Assembly: GCA_039961715.1 (NCBI GenBank)
Contig: JABRVW010000010.1
Span: 36,679 to 100,678, forward strand
Direction: 5' to 3'
DNA: 64,000 nucleotides
DNA from: Ignavibacterium sp.
Lineage (GTDB): Bacteria; Bacteroidota; Ignavibacteria; UBA10030
A model generated the notes under the pieces. It made no database searches. It saw only the letters and a program-made list of their open reading frames with translations, and was not told the DNA's origin. The first letter of the stretch is position 1. Every line of letters begins with the position of its first letter. Shown here piece by piece: positions 52,003 through 62,985 of the stretch. The position numbers and the translations under genes were made by a program.

Positions 52003-52854
52003 ATGGGATTGTATCCGCAACCGAACCAATGGCAGTGCGGCCCCTTTGCACTCAAGCACGCGCTGGTCGCTCTGGGGATCTCTGCCGAAGAAAAAGTCAT
52101 AGCCAGGAAGGCCGGAACGCATTGGTGGAGTGGTACCGACGAGATCGGGCTGGGCAGGGCTGCGCGCCATTTTGACTGCAAAATGCTCATGATCCGGCGC
52201 CATGATCCGGAACGCGCCCGGCGTGAGCTGGCGGGGTACCTGCGAAGGGGCATTCCAGCGCTCCTCTGCGTGTACGAATGGGAGCACTGGGTCACCGTGG
52301 TAAAGGCAGAAGCCGGGAAGTTCATTCTGCTCGACAGCAAGGACAAGGCGGTTCTCACGATCCAAAGCTGGTCCCAACTGAAGAACAACTGGGTGTACCA
52401 CGAACGGGATGAGCACGACCGGCGTCACGTGGAGACGATTTATGATTTCCATCCAATCGTTCCACGCTTTCGTGTACAGACCAAGGCAAAATTTTCCATC
52501 GCCCGGGCAAAATACCTGCGTCGCCGTGAGAACAGACGGCTCTCTCGCGCGTGGGACGATTACGTTGCGGACTTGCTCACGGTGTGCACGCCGAGAACGC
52601 CGCTGAGCGAACAGGTGATCTCTCTGGGGGAATTCCTGCGTCGCCATGAGCAAATGATCCTCGAACAGCTTGACCATTGGCATGGGTCCATCGACAGGAA
52701 GGCCGCGGGAAAGATTCTGAACAACATGCACTTCGTGGCAGACACGTACGGACTGGTGATTCGGAAGGAAGATGAGAAGCGGGCCATCGCCGGCCTTACC
52801 ACGATCCTTACGCTGTGGGCCGCGGCCGAATACGGCGTGCACACCGTCTATTGA
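52003..52854 (+). CDS. Stand-alone C39-like (papain-fold) cysteine peptidase with unknown helical C-terminal domain
   Basis: QPNQWQCGP (oxyanion Q plus Cys), GTD, HWVTV, LLDS; no signal peptide and no ABC domain. Confidence 0.72.
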   Translation: MGLYPQPNQWQCGPFALKHALVALGISAEEKVIARKAGTHWWSGTDEIGLGRAARHFDCKMLMIRRHDPERARRELAGYLRRGIPALLCVYEWEHWVTVVKAEAGKFILLDSKDKAVLTIQSWSQLKNNWVYHERDEHDRRHVETIYDFHPIVPRFRVQTKAKFSIARAKYLRRRENRRLSRAWDDYVADLLTVCTPRTPLSEQVISLGEFLRRHEQMILEQLDHWHGSIDRKAAGKILNNMHFVADTYGLVIRKEDEKRAIAGLTTILTLWAAAEYGVHTVY

Positions 52855-53288
52855 GCTTTTCTTCGCCCGATGAACGGCATCGGAATGCCGGCAGGCGACG
52901 ATCCTCCTTCCCCAAGACGTCTTATGGCCTCTTTCACCGCCGACTTGATCTCTGCCACATTGAATCCGAGGAACTCCCCCGGGAAGAGCTCAAGTTTTTC
53001 AAGCGCCTTCTGAAAGTTCCTTTGTGCCCCTGCCGGACGCGGGCGTTCAAACAGCAGATGGTATCCTGCTGCAACCTGGATGATCCCCTGAAAGAAGATC
53101 CTGCTCTCCTCCTCGCACCCCCTCCACGCCTCCTCCCAGGCTTCATGGGCGTCCCAGAATTTTCCCCGGTTGAAGAGTTCTGTCCCTTCCGCCACACATT
53201 GTTGCGCCCGCTTGTTCAAGACTGGCTCCGTCAGGCGGTGTTTTTCAACATCCGATGGTCTTTTTTTTGGGATGAGCGGTCCGTTCAT
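52848..53288 (-). CDS. DUF309 family protein
   Basis: LFNRGKFWDAHEAWEEAW, FQGIIQVAAG.H; ATG 53288. Confidence 0.85.
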   Translation of the reverse strand: MNGPLIPKKRPSDVEKHRLTEPVLNKRAQQCVAEGTELFNRGKFWDAHEAWEEAWRGCEEESRIFFQGIIQVAAGYHLLFERPRPAGAQRNFQKALEKLELFPGEFLGFNVAEIKSAVKEAIRRLGEGGSSPAGIPMPFIGRRKAQ

Positions 53289-53295
53289 AGGGAGG

Positions 53296-53360
53296 AATAT
53301 AGAGAGCGCTTCCCCTTCATTCAACTTTTCATTGATTCTCTGACCCTATTTCTGTATCAT
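53296..53360. promoter_or_regulatory. Divergent promoter pair (DUF309 / NSS transporter)
   Basis: Minus TTGAAT-17-TATATT (53296-53324); plus TTGATT-17-TATCAT (53332-53360). Confidence 0.6.
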
Positions 53361-53392
53361 AGGCGTCAACTTCCGACAAACGTGGAGGCTTG

Positions 53393-54730
53393 ATGGAAAA
53401 CAACGGGCGGGGAACGTGGGGATCACGCATCGGATTCGTCCTGGCCGCTGCCGGATCGGCCATCGGCCTGGGCAACATCTGGCGTTATCCCTACGTGACC
53501 GGACAGAATGGCGGCGCAGCCTTTGTCCTGTTGTATCTTGCATGTGTGCTTGTGATCGCACTCCCCATTCTGCTCGCAGAACTCTCCCTGGGAAGGCATA
53601 CGACGCTGAATCCCGTGGGAGCGTTCAAGAAGCTGACCAAGTCCAAAGCCTGGCCGCTTGTGGGGTATCTCGGCGTCATCACCGGAGGGGGAATCCTCTC
53701 TTTTTATCTTGTTGTCGCCGGATGGACGCTTGGATTCATCGTTCGCACCATCATCCCTTCGACGGAATCGTTCACTGAATTCGTTTCAAACCCCTGGGAA
53801 GAGCTCGGCTACTTCACGGCTTTTCTCCTCCTGACCATGTATGTCGTTTTGGGCGGTGTTGAGCGTGGCATTGAACGATGGTCGAAACTCCTCATGCCTG
53901 CCTTGGCAGCGATCCTCCTTCTCCTTATCGTTTATAACCTTACGCTCGATGGAGCCATGAAGGGGGTGGAGTTCTACTTGAACCCCGATTTCAGCAAGAT
54001 TCACGGTTCCACCTTCCTGGCTGCGCTGGGACAGGCCTTCTTCTCCCTGAGCCTGGGGATGGGAACCATGATCACCTACGGAAGCTACATTTCGAAGAAG
54101 GAAAACATCCCCTTCAGCGCAACGGCGGTCGCGTTGTCGGACACCCTGATTGCGTTCCTCGCCGGGCTCATGATCTTTCCCGCGCTGTTCGCCGTCGGCG
54201 TGGAGCCCACCCAGGGCCCATCGCTGGTGTTTGAAGTCCTCCCCCGCGTGTTTGCGACCATGCCGGGGGGAACGCTGTTGGGCCTCCTGTTCTTCATCCT
54301 CCTTGCCATTGCCGCACTCACATCGACAGTTTCTCTGCTTGAGGTTCCCGTGGCCTTTCTGGTCGATCAGAAACAGTGGACACGAAAGAAATCCGTTCTG
54401 GTCGTGTCGGCTCTCGTGTTTGTCCTCGGCGTCCCATCAGCGCTTTCACAGGGCTACATCCCCGCGCTCGCTCAGCTCAATGTCTTCGGTCAGCAGGACT
54501 TCCTGAGCCTGATGAGCTTTCTGTTCAGCGACCTCTCTCTCCCGCTCGGCGGTATGCTCATCTGCATCTTCGTCGCCTGGGTCTGGGGCTCACGAAACGC
54601 CCTGGAAGAGATCAAGATCGGGACCACCGAACGAACGATTTCCCTCCTCGGAATCTGGCAGTTCCTGATCCGGTACGTGTGCCCGGTCGTTATCGCTGTC
54701 ATCCTGCTGAATGTTTTCGGGGTGTTCTGA
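53393..54730 (+). CDS. Sodium-dependent transporter, NSS/SNF family
   Basis: RGTWGSRIGFVLAAAGSAIGLGNIWRYPY, GGAAF, GQAFFSLS. Confidence 0.92.
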   Translation: MENNGRGTWGSRIGFVLAAAGSAIGLGNIWRYPYVTGQNGGAAFVLLYLACVLVIALPILLAELSLGRHTTLNPVGAFKKLTKSKAWPLVGYLGVITGGGILSFYLVVAGWTLGFIVRTIIPSTESFTEFVSNPWEELGYFTAFLLLTMYVVLGGVERGIERWSKLLMPALAAILLLLIVYNLTLDGAMKGVEFYLNPDFSKIHGSTFLAALGQAFFSLSLGMGTMITYGSYISKKENIPFSATAVALSDTLIAFLAGLMIFPALFAVGVEPTQGPSLVFEVLPRVFATMPGGTLLGLLFFILLAIAALTSTVSLLEVPVAFLVDQKQWTRKKSVLVVSALVFVLGVPSALSQGYIPALAQLNVFGQQDFLSLMSFLFSDLSLPLGGMLICIFVAWVWGSRNALEEIKIGTTERTISLLGIWQFLIRYVCPVVIAVILLNVFGVF

Positions 54731-54794
54731 TCAATGCGCATCTGCCCGCGCCATCCCCTTCGGTAATCACGTCTACCTTTGCTCAGGAGAATTC

Positions 54795-56243
54795 ATGGAA
54801 GGCTTTCTCGACACCCTGCTTGAAATAACAACCGTCATTGCGGACAACATCTGGTGGCCGGAAATTCCCGGGATCGGATTCTTTCCCGGGGTCGTTGTGC
54901 TCCTCGCCATCACGGGCATTTACATGAGCTACAAAACGGGATTCATTCAGATACGCCGGCTCGGGCTTGCCATAAGGCTGATGCTGAGGGGAAGAAGCAA
55001 GGCGGAGATGGAAGGGCGAACGGGTGACGTAACGCCGTTCCAGGCCCTCATGACAGCCCTGGCGGCAACCGTCGGAAACGGCAACATCGCCGGCGTTGCG
55101 ACAGCCATTGCCAGCGGTGGCCCCGGAGCCCCGTTCTGGATGTGGATGACCGCTGTATTCGGCATGGCCACCAAGTATGCCGAGGGAATGCTTGGTCTGA
55201 AGTACCGCATCAAGACTGCGGACGGAACATACAGCGGGGGGGCGATGTATTACTTGCGCGACGGACTGAAGAACAAGGGACTTGGGAAGTTTCTGGCTCT
55301 GTGGTTTTCCATCGCCGTGGTGCTCATGGCGACGTTCGGCAGTGGGAACATGGCACAATCGAACTCGATCGCTCTTGCGCTGAACAGCGATTTTGGAATT
55401 CCGTTCATTGTCACGGGACTCCTTCTTGCCTTTCTCACCGGGATCGTGATCATCGGAGGGATCAAGCGGATCGCCATCGTGGCCGAGCGGCTCGTTCCCG
55501 GCATGATCGTGCTCTACATGGGAGCCGGACTGTATGTCATTCTTTCAAACTTCACAAACATCCCCGCAATCCTCGGAATCGTACTTCAATCGGCCCTGAC
55601 TAACGAGGCGATCGTGGGGGGATTCCTCGGTCATACAGTCAAGGAAGCCATTCGCTTCGGCGTTGCCCGCGGAACCCTCTCCAACGAATCGGGCATCGGT
55701 TCCTGCTCCATTCCCGCCGCCGCAGCTAAGGGTAACGAGGCATCGGCACAGGGTATGGTGGCGATGATGGGAACGTTCATCGATACGATCATCGTCTGCA
55801 GCATGACGACCTTCGTGATCCTGAACTCCAACCTCCATCCGCATACCACCGGCCTTACGAGCACGGAATTGACGAAGTCAGCCTTCGCCGTCGGTTTGGG
55901 AACCGACCTGGGCGGCTGGATTGTCAGCATGAGCAGTCTGCTCTTCGGCTATACCACCCTGCTCGGGTGGTCATACTACGGCGAACAGGGGGCAAAGTAC
56001 ATGTGGGGCGTGAAGAGTGTCCTCACGTACCGTTACGTCTTCTGCCTCTTTGTGTTCATGGGGGCGGTCTTGCAAGGTGACTATCTGAGGATCGTCTGGA
56101 ACTTTGGAGATATCGGAAACGCCCTCATGGCCATTCCAAATCTGATAGGCCTGATTCTCCTCGGCGGCATCGTGCGGCAGGTGACAAACGACTATCTGAA
56201 GCGGTGGGATGAAGGAAAGATTACAAGGCCGTTTGGAGACTGA
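54795..56243 (+). CDS. Alanine/glycine:cation symporter (AGCS family)
   Basis: ATG 54795 (SD AGGAG); TVGNGNIAGVA, GGPGA.FWMW, SNESGIG, IDTIIVC, WSYYGE, IPNL. Confidence 0.92.
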   Translation: MEGFLDTLLEITTVIADNIWWPEIPGIGFFPGVVVLLAITGIYMSYKTGFIQIRRLGLAIRLMLRGRSKAEMEGRTGDVTPFQALMTALAATVGNGNIAGVATAIASGGPGAPFWMWMTAVFGMATKYAEGMLGLKYRIKTADGTYSGGAMYYLRDGLKNKGLGKFLALWFSIAVVLMATFGSGNMAQSNSIALALNSDFGIPFIVTGLLLAFLTGIVIIGGIKRIAIVAERLVPGMIVLYMGAGLYVILSNFTNIPAILGIVLQSALTNEAIVGGFLGHTVKEAIRFGVARGTLSNESGIGSCSIPAAAAKGNEASAQGMVAMMGTFIDTIIVCSMTTFVILNSNLHPHTTGLTSTELTKSAFAVGLGTDLGGWIVSMSSLLFGYTTLLGWSYYGEQGAKYMWGVKSVLTYRYVFCLFVFMGAVLQGDYLRIVWNFGDIGNALMAIPNLIGLILLGGIVRQVTNDYLKRWDEGKITRPFGD

Positions 56244-56268
56244 GGGAAGGCAAACGTGAGAATTCAAG

Positions 56269-56305
56269 AGGAGAAAGGCTGTCTCAGGTTGCGTTTCTCC
56301 TTTTT
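56269..56305 (+). terminator. Candidate intrinsic terminator after the AGCS symporter
   Basis: AGGAGAAA...TTTCTCCT stem followed by TTTT, between convergent genes. Confidence 0.5.
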
Positions 56306-56317
56306 CCTTCTCCTTGT

Positions 56318-56701
56318 TTAGTTGGCCATGGCGCGAAGATTGAACTTTGGGATTGCGACGCGGAACTCCGTACCATCCTCCCTGCGCATCAGATACGTTC
56401 CTTCCATTGACCCTTCCGGCGTTTCGAGTACGCAATAACTGTTGTAATCATGATCCCCGCCCGGTTGGATCACCGGCTGTTTTCCGACAACCCCCTCACC
56501 CTCCACCTCTTCCGTCTTCCCGCTGCCGTGGCGGATGACCCAATGCCTTCGGAGAAGCTGGATCGGCACCGATCCCTTGTTAGCGATCGTTATGAAGTAT
56601 GCAAAGACAAACTTGCGTTCCAGCACGTTTGACTGGCCGTCGAGGTACACCGGCCTGACGGTAACCTGAACGCCTTCTGTCGTCGCGGTATAGGAATGCA
56701 T
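56318..56701 (-). CDS. apaG: ApaG family protein
   Basis: FVFAYFITIAN, QLLRRHW.I, EVEGEGVVGKQP, GSMEG.Y. Confidence 0.92.
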   Translation of the reverse strand: MHSYTATTEGVQVTVRPVYLDGQSNVLERKFVFAYFITIANKGSVPIQLLRRHWVIRHGSGKTEEVEGEGVVGKQPVIQPGGDHDYNSYCVLETPEGSMEGTYLMRREDGTEFRVAIPKFNLRAMAN

Positions 56702-56723
56702 GGATTTCCCCTCCCGGAGGCGA

Positions 56724-57518
56724 CTATCGAAGTTTGTCGACACCCCAACCGGCCATCGTCTTCAGCATGGAGTAGTCCGTCAAATCATACTGGATCGGCG
56801 TGATGGAAATGTATCGGTGAGTCACGGCCCATTGGTCGACATCCCGTCCCGTGTCGGCCTCTCTCAACGCACCCGTCAACCAATAGTACTCCTTGTTTGC
56901 AGGATCCCTCCGCGCATCGAACGTATCGTCCCAGGTGGATTTTCCCTGCCGCGTGACGAGAACCCCGCGCACTTCGCTGCGGCGAACAGGAGGAATGTTC
57001 ACATTCAGGAGTGTCCCCTGGGGAAGTCCCTTGCGCATGACAAGCCGCGCAAGGCGACGCGCAAAGCGTGCCGGAAACGAAAAGTCCGCCTTGCCGAATG
57101 TCGTCAGAGACACTGCGATCGATGGAATCCCCAGGATTGTCCCCTCTGTCGCCGCAGATACCGTGCCGGAATAAATGACGCTGATGGCGGTGTTTGAACC
57201 GTGGTTAATACCAGAGATCAACAAATCCGGTTTGCGGGGAAGGAGGGCACGGACGGCCAGCTTCACAGCATCTGCCGGCGTGCCTTCCACGGCATACCCG
57301 AAGAACCGTCCGTTCTTGAAAAACTTCTTTACGCGCAGGGGAAAGTTCATGGTGATCGCATGCCCCACGGCGCTCTGCTGGCGGTCAGGAGCGACCACAG
57401 TTACTGCACCGATTTTTTTGAGCTCGCCGACCAGCGCCTCAATGCCCGGCGCGTCGATGCCGTCGTCGTTGGAAACAAGAATGTGAGGACGCCGGGGGCG
57501 GGATGAGCGAACAGTCAT
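56724..57518 (-). CDS. surE: 5'/3'-nucleotidase SurE
   Basis: ILVSNDDG, VAP, GTPAD, SGINHG.N, YSGTV, SITP. Confidence 0.95.
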   Translation of the reverse strand: MTVRSSRPRRPHILVSNDDGIDAPGIEALVGELKKIGAVTVVAPDRQQSAVGHAITMNFPLRVKKFFKNGRFFGYAVEGTPADAVKLAVRALLPRKPDLLISGINHGSNTAISVIYSGTVSAATEGTILGIPSIAVSLTTFGKADFSFPARFARRLARLVMRKGLPQGTLLNVNIPPVRRSEVRGVLVTRQGKSTWDDTFDARRDPANKEYYWLTGALREADTGRDVDQWAVTHRYISITPIQYDLTDYSMLKTMAGWGVDKLR

Positions 57519-57536
57519 GGGGGTGAACGACGAGCT

Positions 57537-58338
<802 letters not shown>

Positions 58339-58358
<20 letters not shown>

Positions 58359-59115
58359 GTTCACGCTCTGGCACGATGGCAATGGACCACAGCCGGACTC
58401 CCCACGCTTCTTCAAAGCCTTCCTTGACGGCCGCGGCGGCTTCCTCAATCGAGACCCTTCGCCCAAGTTCTGCAGAGAGATTCGTTGAACGCCTTCGAAG
58501 CTCCCGGCGAAGAGCGTCCCTCATGTCCCCTGGCATCCGAAGGTAATCGACGATGCGGATATGATCGTCACCCAGCAGAAGGGAACCGTGCTGGAGAACC
58601 ACGTCTTCTCGTCCCTGAGCGCCGTACCGCCGCTGCGCACTCCCGACAAGCTTCCGGCCAGCAACAACAATCTCCGATCGGGCCGCGGCCACAAAACATG
58701 CCGCCGAGCGAAAACCGCTTCCAGCCGGAAAATCCCCGCCACGCTCTTCCAGAGCCGCGTCCACACCCAGCCTCCGCACACCGCAAAGAAGTCCTTCGCT
58801 GATCATCCGGTGAATCTCTCTTACACTCTTTCCCTCTGCCTTCATCACCACCGAGTACGTCAGCTCGTCCGCATGCAGTACGGCCCGGCCGCCCGTGGGC
58901 CTGCGGACCACTTCGATCCCGTCCGCCTCGGCGCGATCCACAAGAACATCCTCCGGAGATTGATTCCACCCCAGGGAAAGGGTCCAGGGATTCCAGCCAT
59001 AGACTCGAATCGAAGGAAATCCCCCGCCCCTGAGCAGGGAAAGCGCAAGGCCCTCGTCGGTCTCCATGTTCAGCCTCCCGGCGCACTCGCCACTGTTGAG
59101 AAACCTCCAGGTCAT
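58339..59115 (-). CDS. Lipoate-protein ligase A / LipM-like octanoyltransferase
   Basis: ATG 59115; [38 protein letters not shown]. Confidence 0.85.
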
Positions 59116-59119
59116 GGCT

Positions 59120-59914
59120 TCAATCCCGCCGGCCTGCTGCCGGAATGATCCCGCGTTTGCTTTCCGCAATGAAGTCGAGAACGCGCTGCACCTCCGGAAC
59201 AAGTTCGACCTCATTCCGGATCTTCTGCACCGCCTGCGACACGTTCAGGTTGGATTTGTAGAGGGTACGATAGACAAGGTCCAGGAGTTCAATGACCTTG
59301 TTGGAGAATCCGCGTCGACGCAATCCGAGCAGGTTGAGGCGTTCGAATCCCAGCGGATCATCGCCCGCCAGGACAAAGGGGGGAACATCCTTGGGAACCC
59401 GAAAGCCCCCTCCGATCATCGAATGCTCGCCGATATGAACAAACTGATGCACCGGCGTCAATCCGCCGATGATGGCATAATCGCCCATGACCACATGGCC
59501 GCCCAGCGCCGCACAATTCGCCAGAATGACGTGGTTTCCCAACTGACAATCATGTGCAACGTGCGTGTAGGCCATGAGGAGGCAATCCGATCCCACCCGC
59601 GTGACGCCACTCTCGCCCGTGGCGCGGTTCAAGGTGGCAAATTCGCGAATGACCGTCCGGTCGCCGATTTCAAGATACGTGGTCTCGCCCTTGAATTTCA
59701 GATCCTGCGGCGGACCACCCACAGAAGCCCCGTTGAAGATTCGGCATTCTTTGCCAATCCGCGTGCCTGCATAGATCATAGCATTGGGCCCAACCGACGT
59801 CCCCGCGCCGATCACCACATCTTCTTCAATGACGGCGAATGGTCCAATCCGGACATTCTCTCCAACAGTGGCTTTCGGGCTGACGACGGCGCGGGGATCT
59901 ATGTGTGTGCTCAT
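59120..59914 (-). CDS. lpxA: UDP-N-acetylglucosamine acyltransferase
   Basis: Hexapeptide repeats, PQDLKF, IRE..T.NR.T, HVAHDC, HQF. Confidence 0.96.
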   Translation of the reverse strand: MSTHIDPRAVVSPKATVGENVRIGPFAVIEEDVVIGAGTSVGPNAMIYAGTRIGKECRIFNGASVGGPPQDLKFKGETTYLEIGDRTVIREFATLNRATGESGVTRVGSDCLLMAYTHVAHDCQLGNHVILANCAALGGHVVMGDYAIIGGLTPVHQFVHIGEHSMIGGGFRVPKDVPPFVLAGDDPLGFERLNLLGLRRRGFSNKVIELLDLVYRTLYKSNLNVSQAVQKIRNEVELVPEVQRVLDFIAESKRGIIPAAGRRD

Positions 59915-59925
59915 GGGAGGGTCCG

Positions 59926-61338
59926 TCAGGCATCCGGTCCCTTGGCGCGATCGATGATCATGGCCATGAACTCCCCTTCGGCCACAACGGCGCCATCGAC
60001 AAAGGCCTTTCCCTTGACCTGAATGACCTTGCTGCGACGGGAAACCATTTCAACGTCGAGAATGAGTTGATCTCCGGGAACAACCGGTTTACGGAACTTC
60101 ACGTTGTTGAGGGCCATGAAATACACGAGCTTGTCGCCGGGATTCTCGAGGCCGTTCAGCAGCAGAACGCCGCCGGCCTGAGCAATGGCTTCGATGATCA
60201 GCACACCGGGCATGACCGGTGCCCCCGGAAAATGACCCTGAAAGAAGAACTCATTCATGGTCACACTCTTCACGCCCACGACGCGCTTGTCCAGCTCGAA
60301 ATCGATAATCTTGTCCACGAGGAGGAATGGATACCGGTGCGGAAGGATCCGCATGATTGCGTTGGTGTCGAACACGACGCCTTCCTTCTTCTCATGCTGA
60401 TACTTCCGGACAAGTTTCTTCTGCTGGTACAGCTTGCGGACTTTGCGCGCAAACTCCACGTTGCTCGCATGGCCCGGACGGGCGGCAAGGATCTGCGCTT
60501 TCAGCGGCGCGCCGATCAGCGCAAGGTCACCGATCAGATCCAACAGCTTGTGTCGGGCGGGTTCGTTCCGGTAGTGCAGTTTCTTGTTGTTCAACGTGCC
60601 CGTGTTCCCGAGGATGACGGAATGGTCGATCCCCAGCTTGTGTGCCAGCCGCTTCATGTCCGGTTCGCTTACCTCGCGGTCCACGATCACGATCGCGTTG
60701 TCGAGGTTGCCGCCCTTGATCAGTCCCGCCTCCCGGAGCTGCTCGACTTCGTGCAGGAAGCAGAACGTCCGGGCCGATGAGAATTCGGGAACGAATTCCT
60801 TCTCCAGATTGAACAACCCCGTATGCTGGCTCCCCAAGGCGGGATTGTTGTAGTCGATCACCACCGAGACACGGAAATCGTCGGTCGGGAGTGCGACGAT
60901 ATCCACGCCCTTCTCCTCGTTCTGATAGTGAATGGTCTGATCAATAACCAGATAGTCCTTCGGCTCATCCTGATCCACAAAGCCGGCCTTCAGGAGCATA
61001 TCCACGAACGGCTTCGCACTGCCGTCGGCGATCGGCGGCTCAATGTTGTCGAGCTCAATGATCAGGTTGTCCACCTGCAGGCCGAAAACGGCGGCAAGCA
61101 CGTGCTCGGTCGTATGCACGCGGGCCTCCCCCACCGCCAGCGTCGTGCCCCGCGCCACGTCCACCACATGATCAACATCCGCGGGAATCTCCGGCGATCC
61201 GCCGATATCCACGCGCCGGAATCTCACGCCGTAGTTCTCCGGCGCCGGCTTGAAGGTCATCGTGGTTGTCACTCCGGTGTGAAGCCCCACGCCGTGGAGG
61301 GACACCGGGTTCTTAATGGTTCGTTGCTGGACTAACAT
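59926..61338 (-). CDS. lpxC: Bifunctional LpxC / FabZ
   Basis: GVGLHTG, TTEHVLAA, DGSA, ARTF, RHKLLD (LpxC); LPHRYPFLLVD, GHFP..PVMPGVL.IEA.AQ (FabZ). Confidence 0.96.
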   Translation of the reverse strand: MLVQQRTIKNPVSLHGVGLHTGVTTTMTFKPAPENYGVRFRRVDIGGSPEIPADVDHVVDVARGTTLAVGEARVHTTEHVLAAVFGLQVDNLIIELDNIEPPIADGSAKPFVDMLLKAGFVDQDEPKDYLVIDQTIHYQNEEKGVDIVALPTDDFRVSVVIDYNNPALGSQHTGLFNLEKEFVPEFSSARTFCFLHEVEQLREAGLIKGGNLDNAIVIVDREVSEPDMKRLAHKLGIDHSVILGNTGTLNNKKLHYRNEPARHKLLDLIGDLALIGAPLKAQILAARPGHASNVEFARKVRKLYQQKKLVRKYQHEKKEGVVFDTNAIMRILPHRYPFLLVDKIIDFELDKRVVGVKSVTMNEFFFQGHFPGAPVMPGVLIIEAIAQAGGVLLLNGLENPGDKLVYFMALNNVKFRKPVVPGDQLILDVEMVSRRSKVIQVKGKAFVDGAVVAEGEFMAMIIDRAKGPDA

Positions 61339-61359
61339 GCGTGGTTCCGCGTGCGATGT

Positions 61360-62409
61360 TCATTCAAGCTTTTTGAGGATCTCGTCCAGACGTTGTTTCA
61401 GCGATGCAACGTCTTTGGCAAGCTCAGGAAGAGACCGGATGACCGCCTCGATCCTGAATGCCCGTCCCCGCTCCCTGGCCGGATAGCCGAACCAGGTTTT
61501 CCCCGGTTCCGTGATGGAGCTGGGAACACCGGACTGCGCCATGATGACGCTCCGATCGGCAATCTCCAGGTGGCCGGCAAATCCCACCTGGCCCGCCACC
61601 ATCACATTTTTTCCCACCTTCGTACTTCCGCTCAGGCCCGTCTGGGCCGCGATCACCGTGTTCTCCCCGATCACCACATTGTGCGCGACCTGAATGAGGT
61701 TGTCGAGCTTGACACCCTTCTTGATGAGCGTTTCGCCGATCGTTGCGCGGTCAATGGAGCAATTGGAGCCGATCTCGACGTCGTCTTCAATCACCACAAT
61801 GCCGAGCTGGGGAATCTTCTCATAGGTGCCATCCTTTTTCGGCGCAAAGCCGAATCCATCACTGCCAATCACAGTGCCCGCGTGGACTGTGACCCGGTTG
61901 CCAAGCCGGCACTGATGGTACACAGTTACATGAGGATACAGCCTGCAGTCGCTTCCGACTTCCGCCATGGATCCAATGACGCAGGCCTCGGCAATGCGCG
62001 TGTTGTCGCCGATCCGCGTTCCCTCTCCAATGACGGCATAGGCCCCCACGGAAACATCGCTCCCCAGCGTCGCCGTGGGTGAAATCACGGCGGTGGGATG
62101 AATGCCCCTGGCAAAGGGGTCGACGGATGGCGTCAGGCGCTTCAAAACGTGAAGAAACGCCAGATACGGATCGTCTACTTTGATGAAGGCGAGGGTGGAC
62201 GGGGCTGAGGCCGAAGCAAGGTCGAACGTGCGCGCAACCAGAATGGCTGACGCCCCGGTGCGCTTCACGTAGGGAAGGTAGCGGGGATTCGCGAGAAAGG
62301 TCAGGTCGGAAGGTCCGGCTTCCTCGATCTTCGCAACACGTGTGATCTCCCGCGTTCCGTCACCGACCAGTTCTCCCTTGAGCCATTCGGCAATCTCGGC
62401 AACTGTCAT
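61360..62409 (-). CDS. lpxD: UDP-3-O-acylglucosamine N-acyltransferase
   Basis: FLANP.Y, IGSDGFG, KIPQLG, IDRA, KLDNLIQVAHN. Confidence 0.96.
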   Translation of the reverse strand: MTVAEIAEWLKGELVGDGTREITRVAKIEEAGPSDLTFLANPRYLPYVKRTGASAILVARTFDLASASAPSTLAFIKVDDPYLAFLHVLKRLTPSVDPFARGIHPTAVISPTATLGSDVSVGAYAVIGEGTRIGDNTRIAEACVIGSMAEVGSDCRLYPHVTVYHQCRLGNRVTVHAGTVIGSDGFGFAPKKDGTYEKIPQLGIVVIEDDVEIGSNCSIDRATIGETLIKKGVKLDNLIQVAHNVVIGENTVIAAQTGLSGSTKVGKNVMVAGQVGFAGHLEIADRSVIMAQSGVPSSITEPGKTWFGYPARERGRAFRIEAVIRSLPELAKDVASLKQRLDEILKKLE

Positions 62410-62421
62410 CGGGATCAGGGA

Positions 62422-62958
62422 TCAGTTTGTCTTCGGCAGTGACGTTGCCGCCTGAAGCCTGGCCAGGACCTTCTGGGTGAGGTCGTAGACAGGGTTCGCA
62501 TACATCATGAGAATCTCTCCGCTCTGATCAAGCACATAGTCGAACCCTTCTTCCGTCGCAACGTCCTGAATGGCCTTGAACACGCGGTCCTGAACCGGCT
62601 TCATGAGGTCGTTCTGCTTCTGGAACAGCTCCCCGTTCTGGCCGAACTTCTGGTTGCGGTATTCCGCAATCCGCTGATCGAGCTCCCTGAGCTCTCTTTC
62701 GCTTTCCGCGCGTCGCGCGTCCGTCATGATCAATTTCTTCTGATCATACTCCTCGAACTTGCGCTTCCACTCGTCCTGCATCCAGTCCAGTTCTCTCTGC
62801 CATTCCCCCACCAGCACATCAAGCTGCCTCTGAGCATCGGCGGCATCCGGCAGCTTGCTCATAATGGCCTCGGTGTTGACATGGCCGATCTTCTGCTGTG
62901 CGGTAGCCACACCGACGGCAAGGACCATCGCTCCTGCAATCGCCGCAGTCAGTTTCAT
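62422..62958 (-). CDS. OmpH/Skp family periplasmic chaperone
   Basis: Signal peptide, QKIGHVN, coiled coil, GFDYVLD, DLTQKVL. Confidence 0.9.
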   Translation of the reverse strand: MKLTAAIAGAMVLAVGVATAQQKIGHVNTEAIMSKLPDAADAQRQLDVLVGEWQRELDWMQDEWKRKFEEYDQKKLIMTDARRAESERELRELDQRIAEYRNQKFGQNGELFQKQNDLMKPVQDRVFKAIQDVATEEGFDYVLDQSGEILMMYANPVYDLTQKVLARLQAATSLPKTN

Positions 62959-62985
62959 GAATCCCTCTTCTGAAGCCCCTTGGGC

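Noticed and set aside
54731-54794. Glycine riboswitch upstream of the AGCS symporter
   Set aside because: The 64-nt spacer is too short; only CTCAGG matches and it overlaps the SD.
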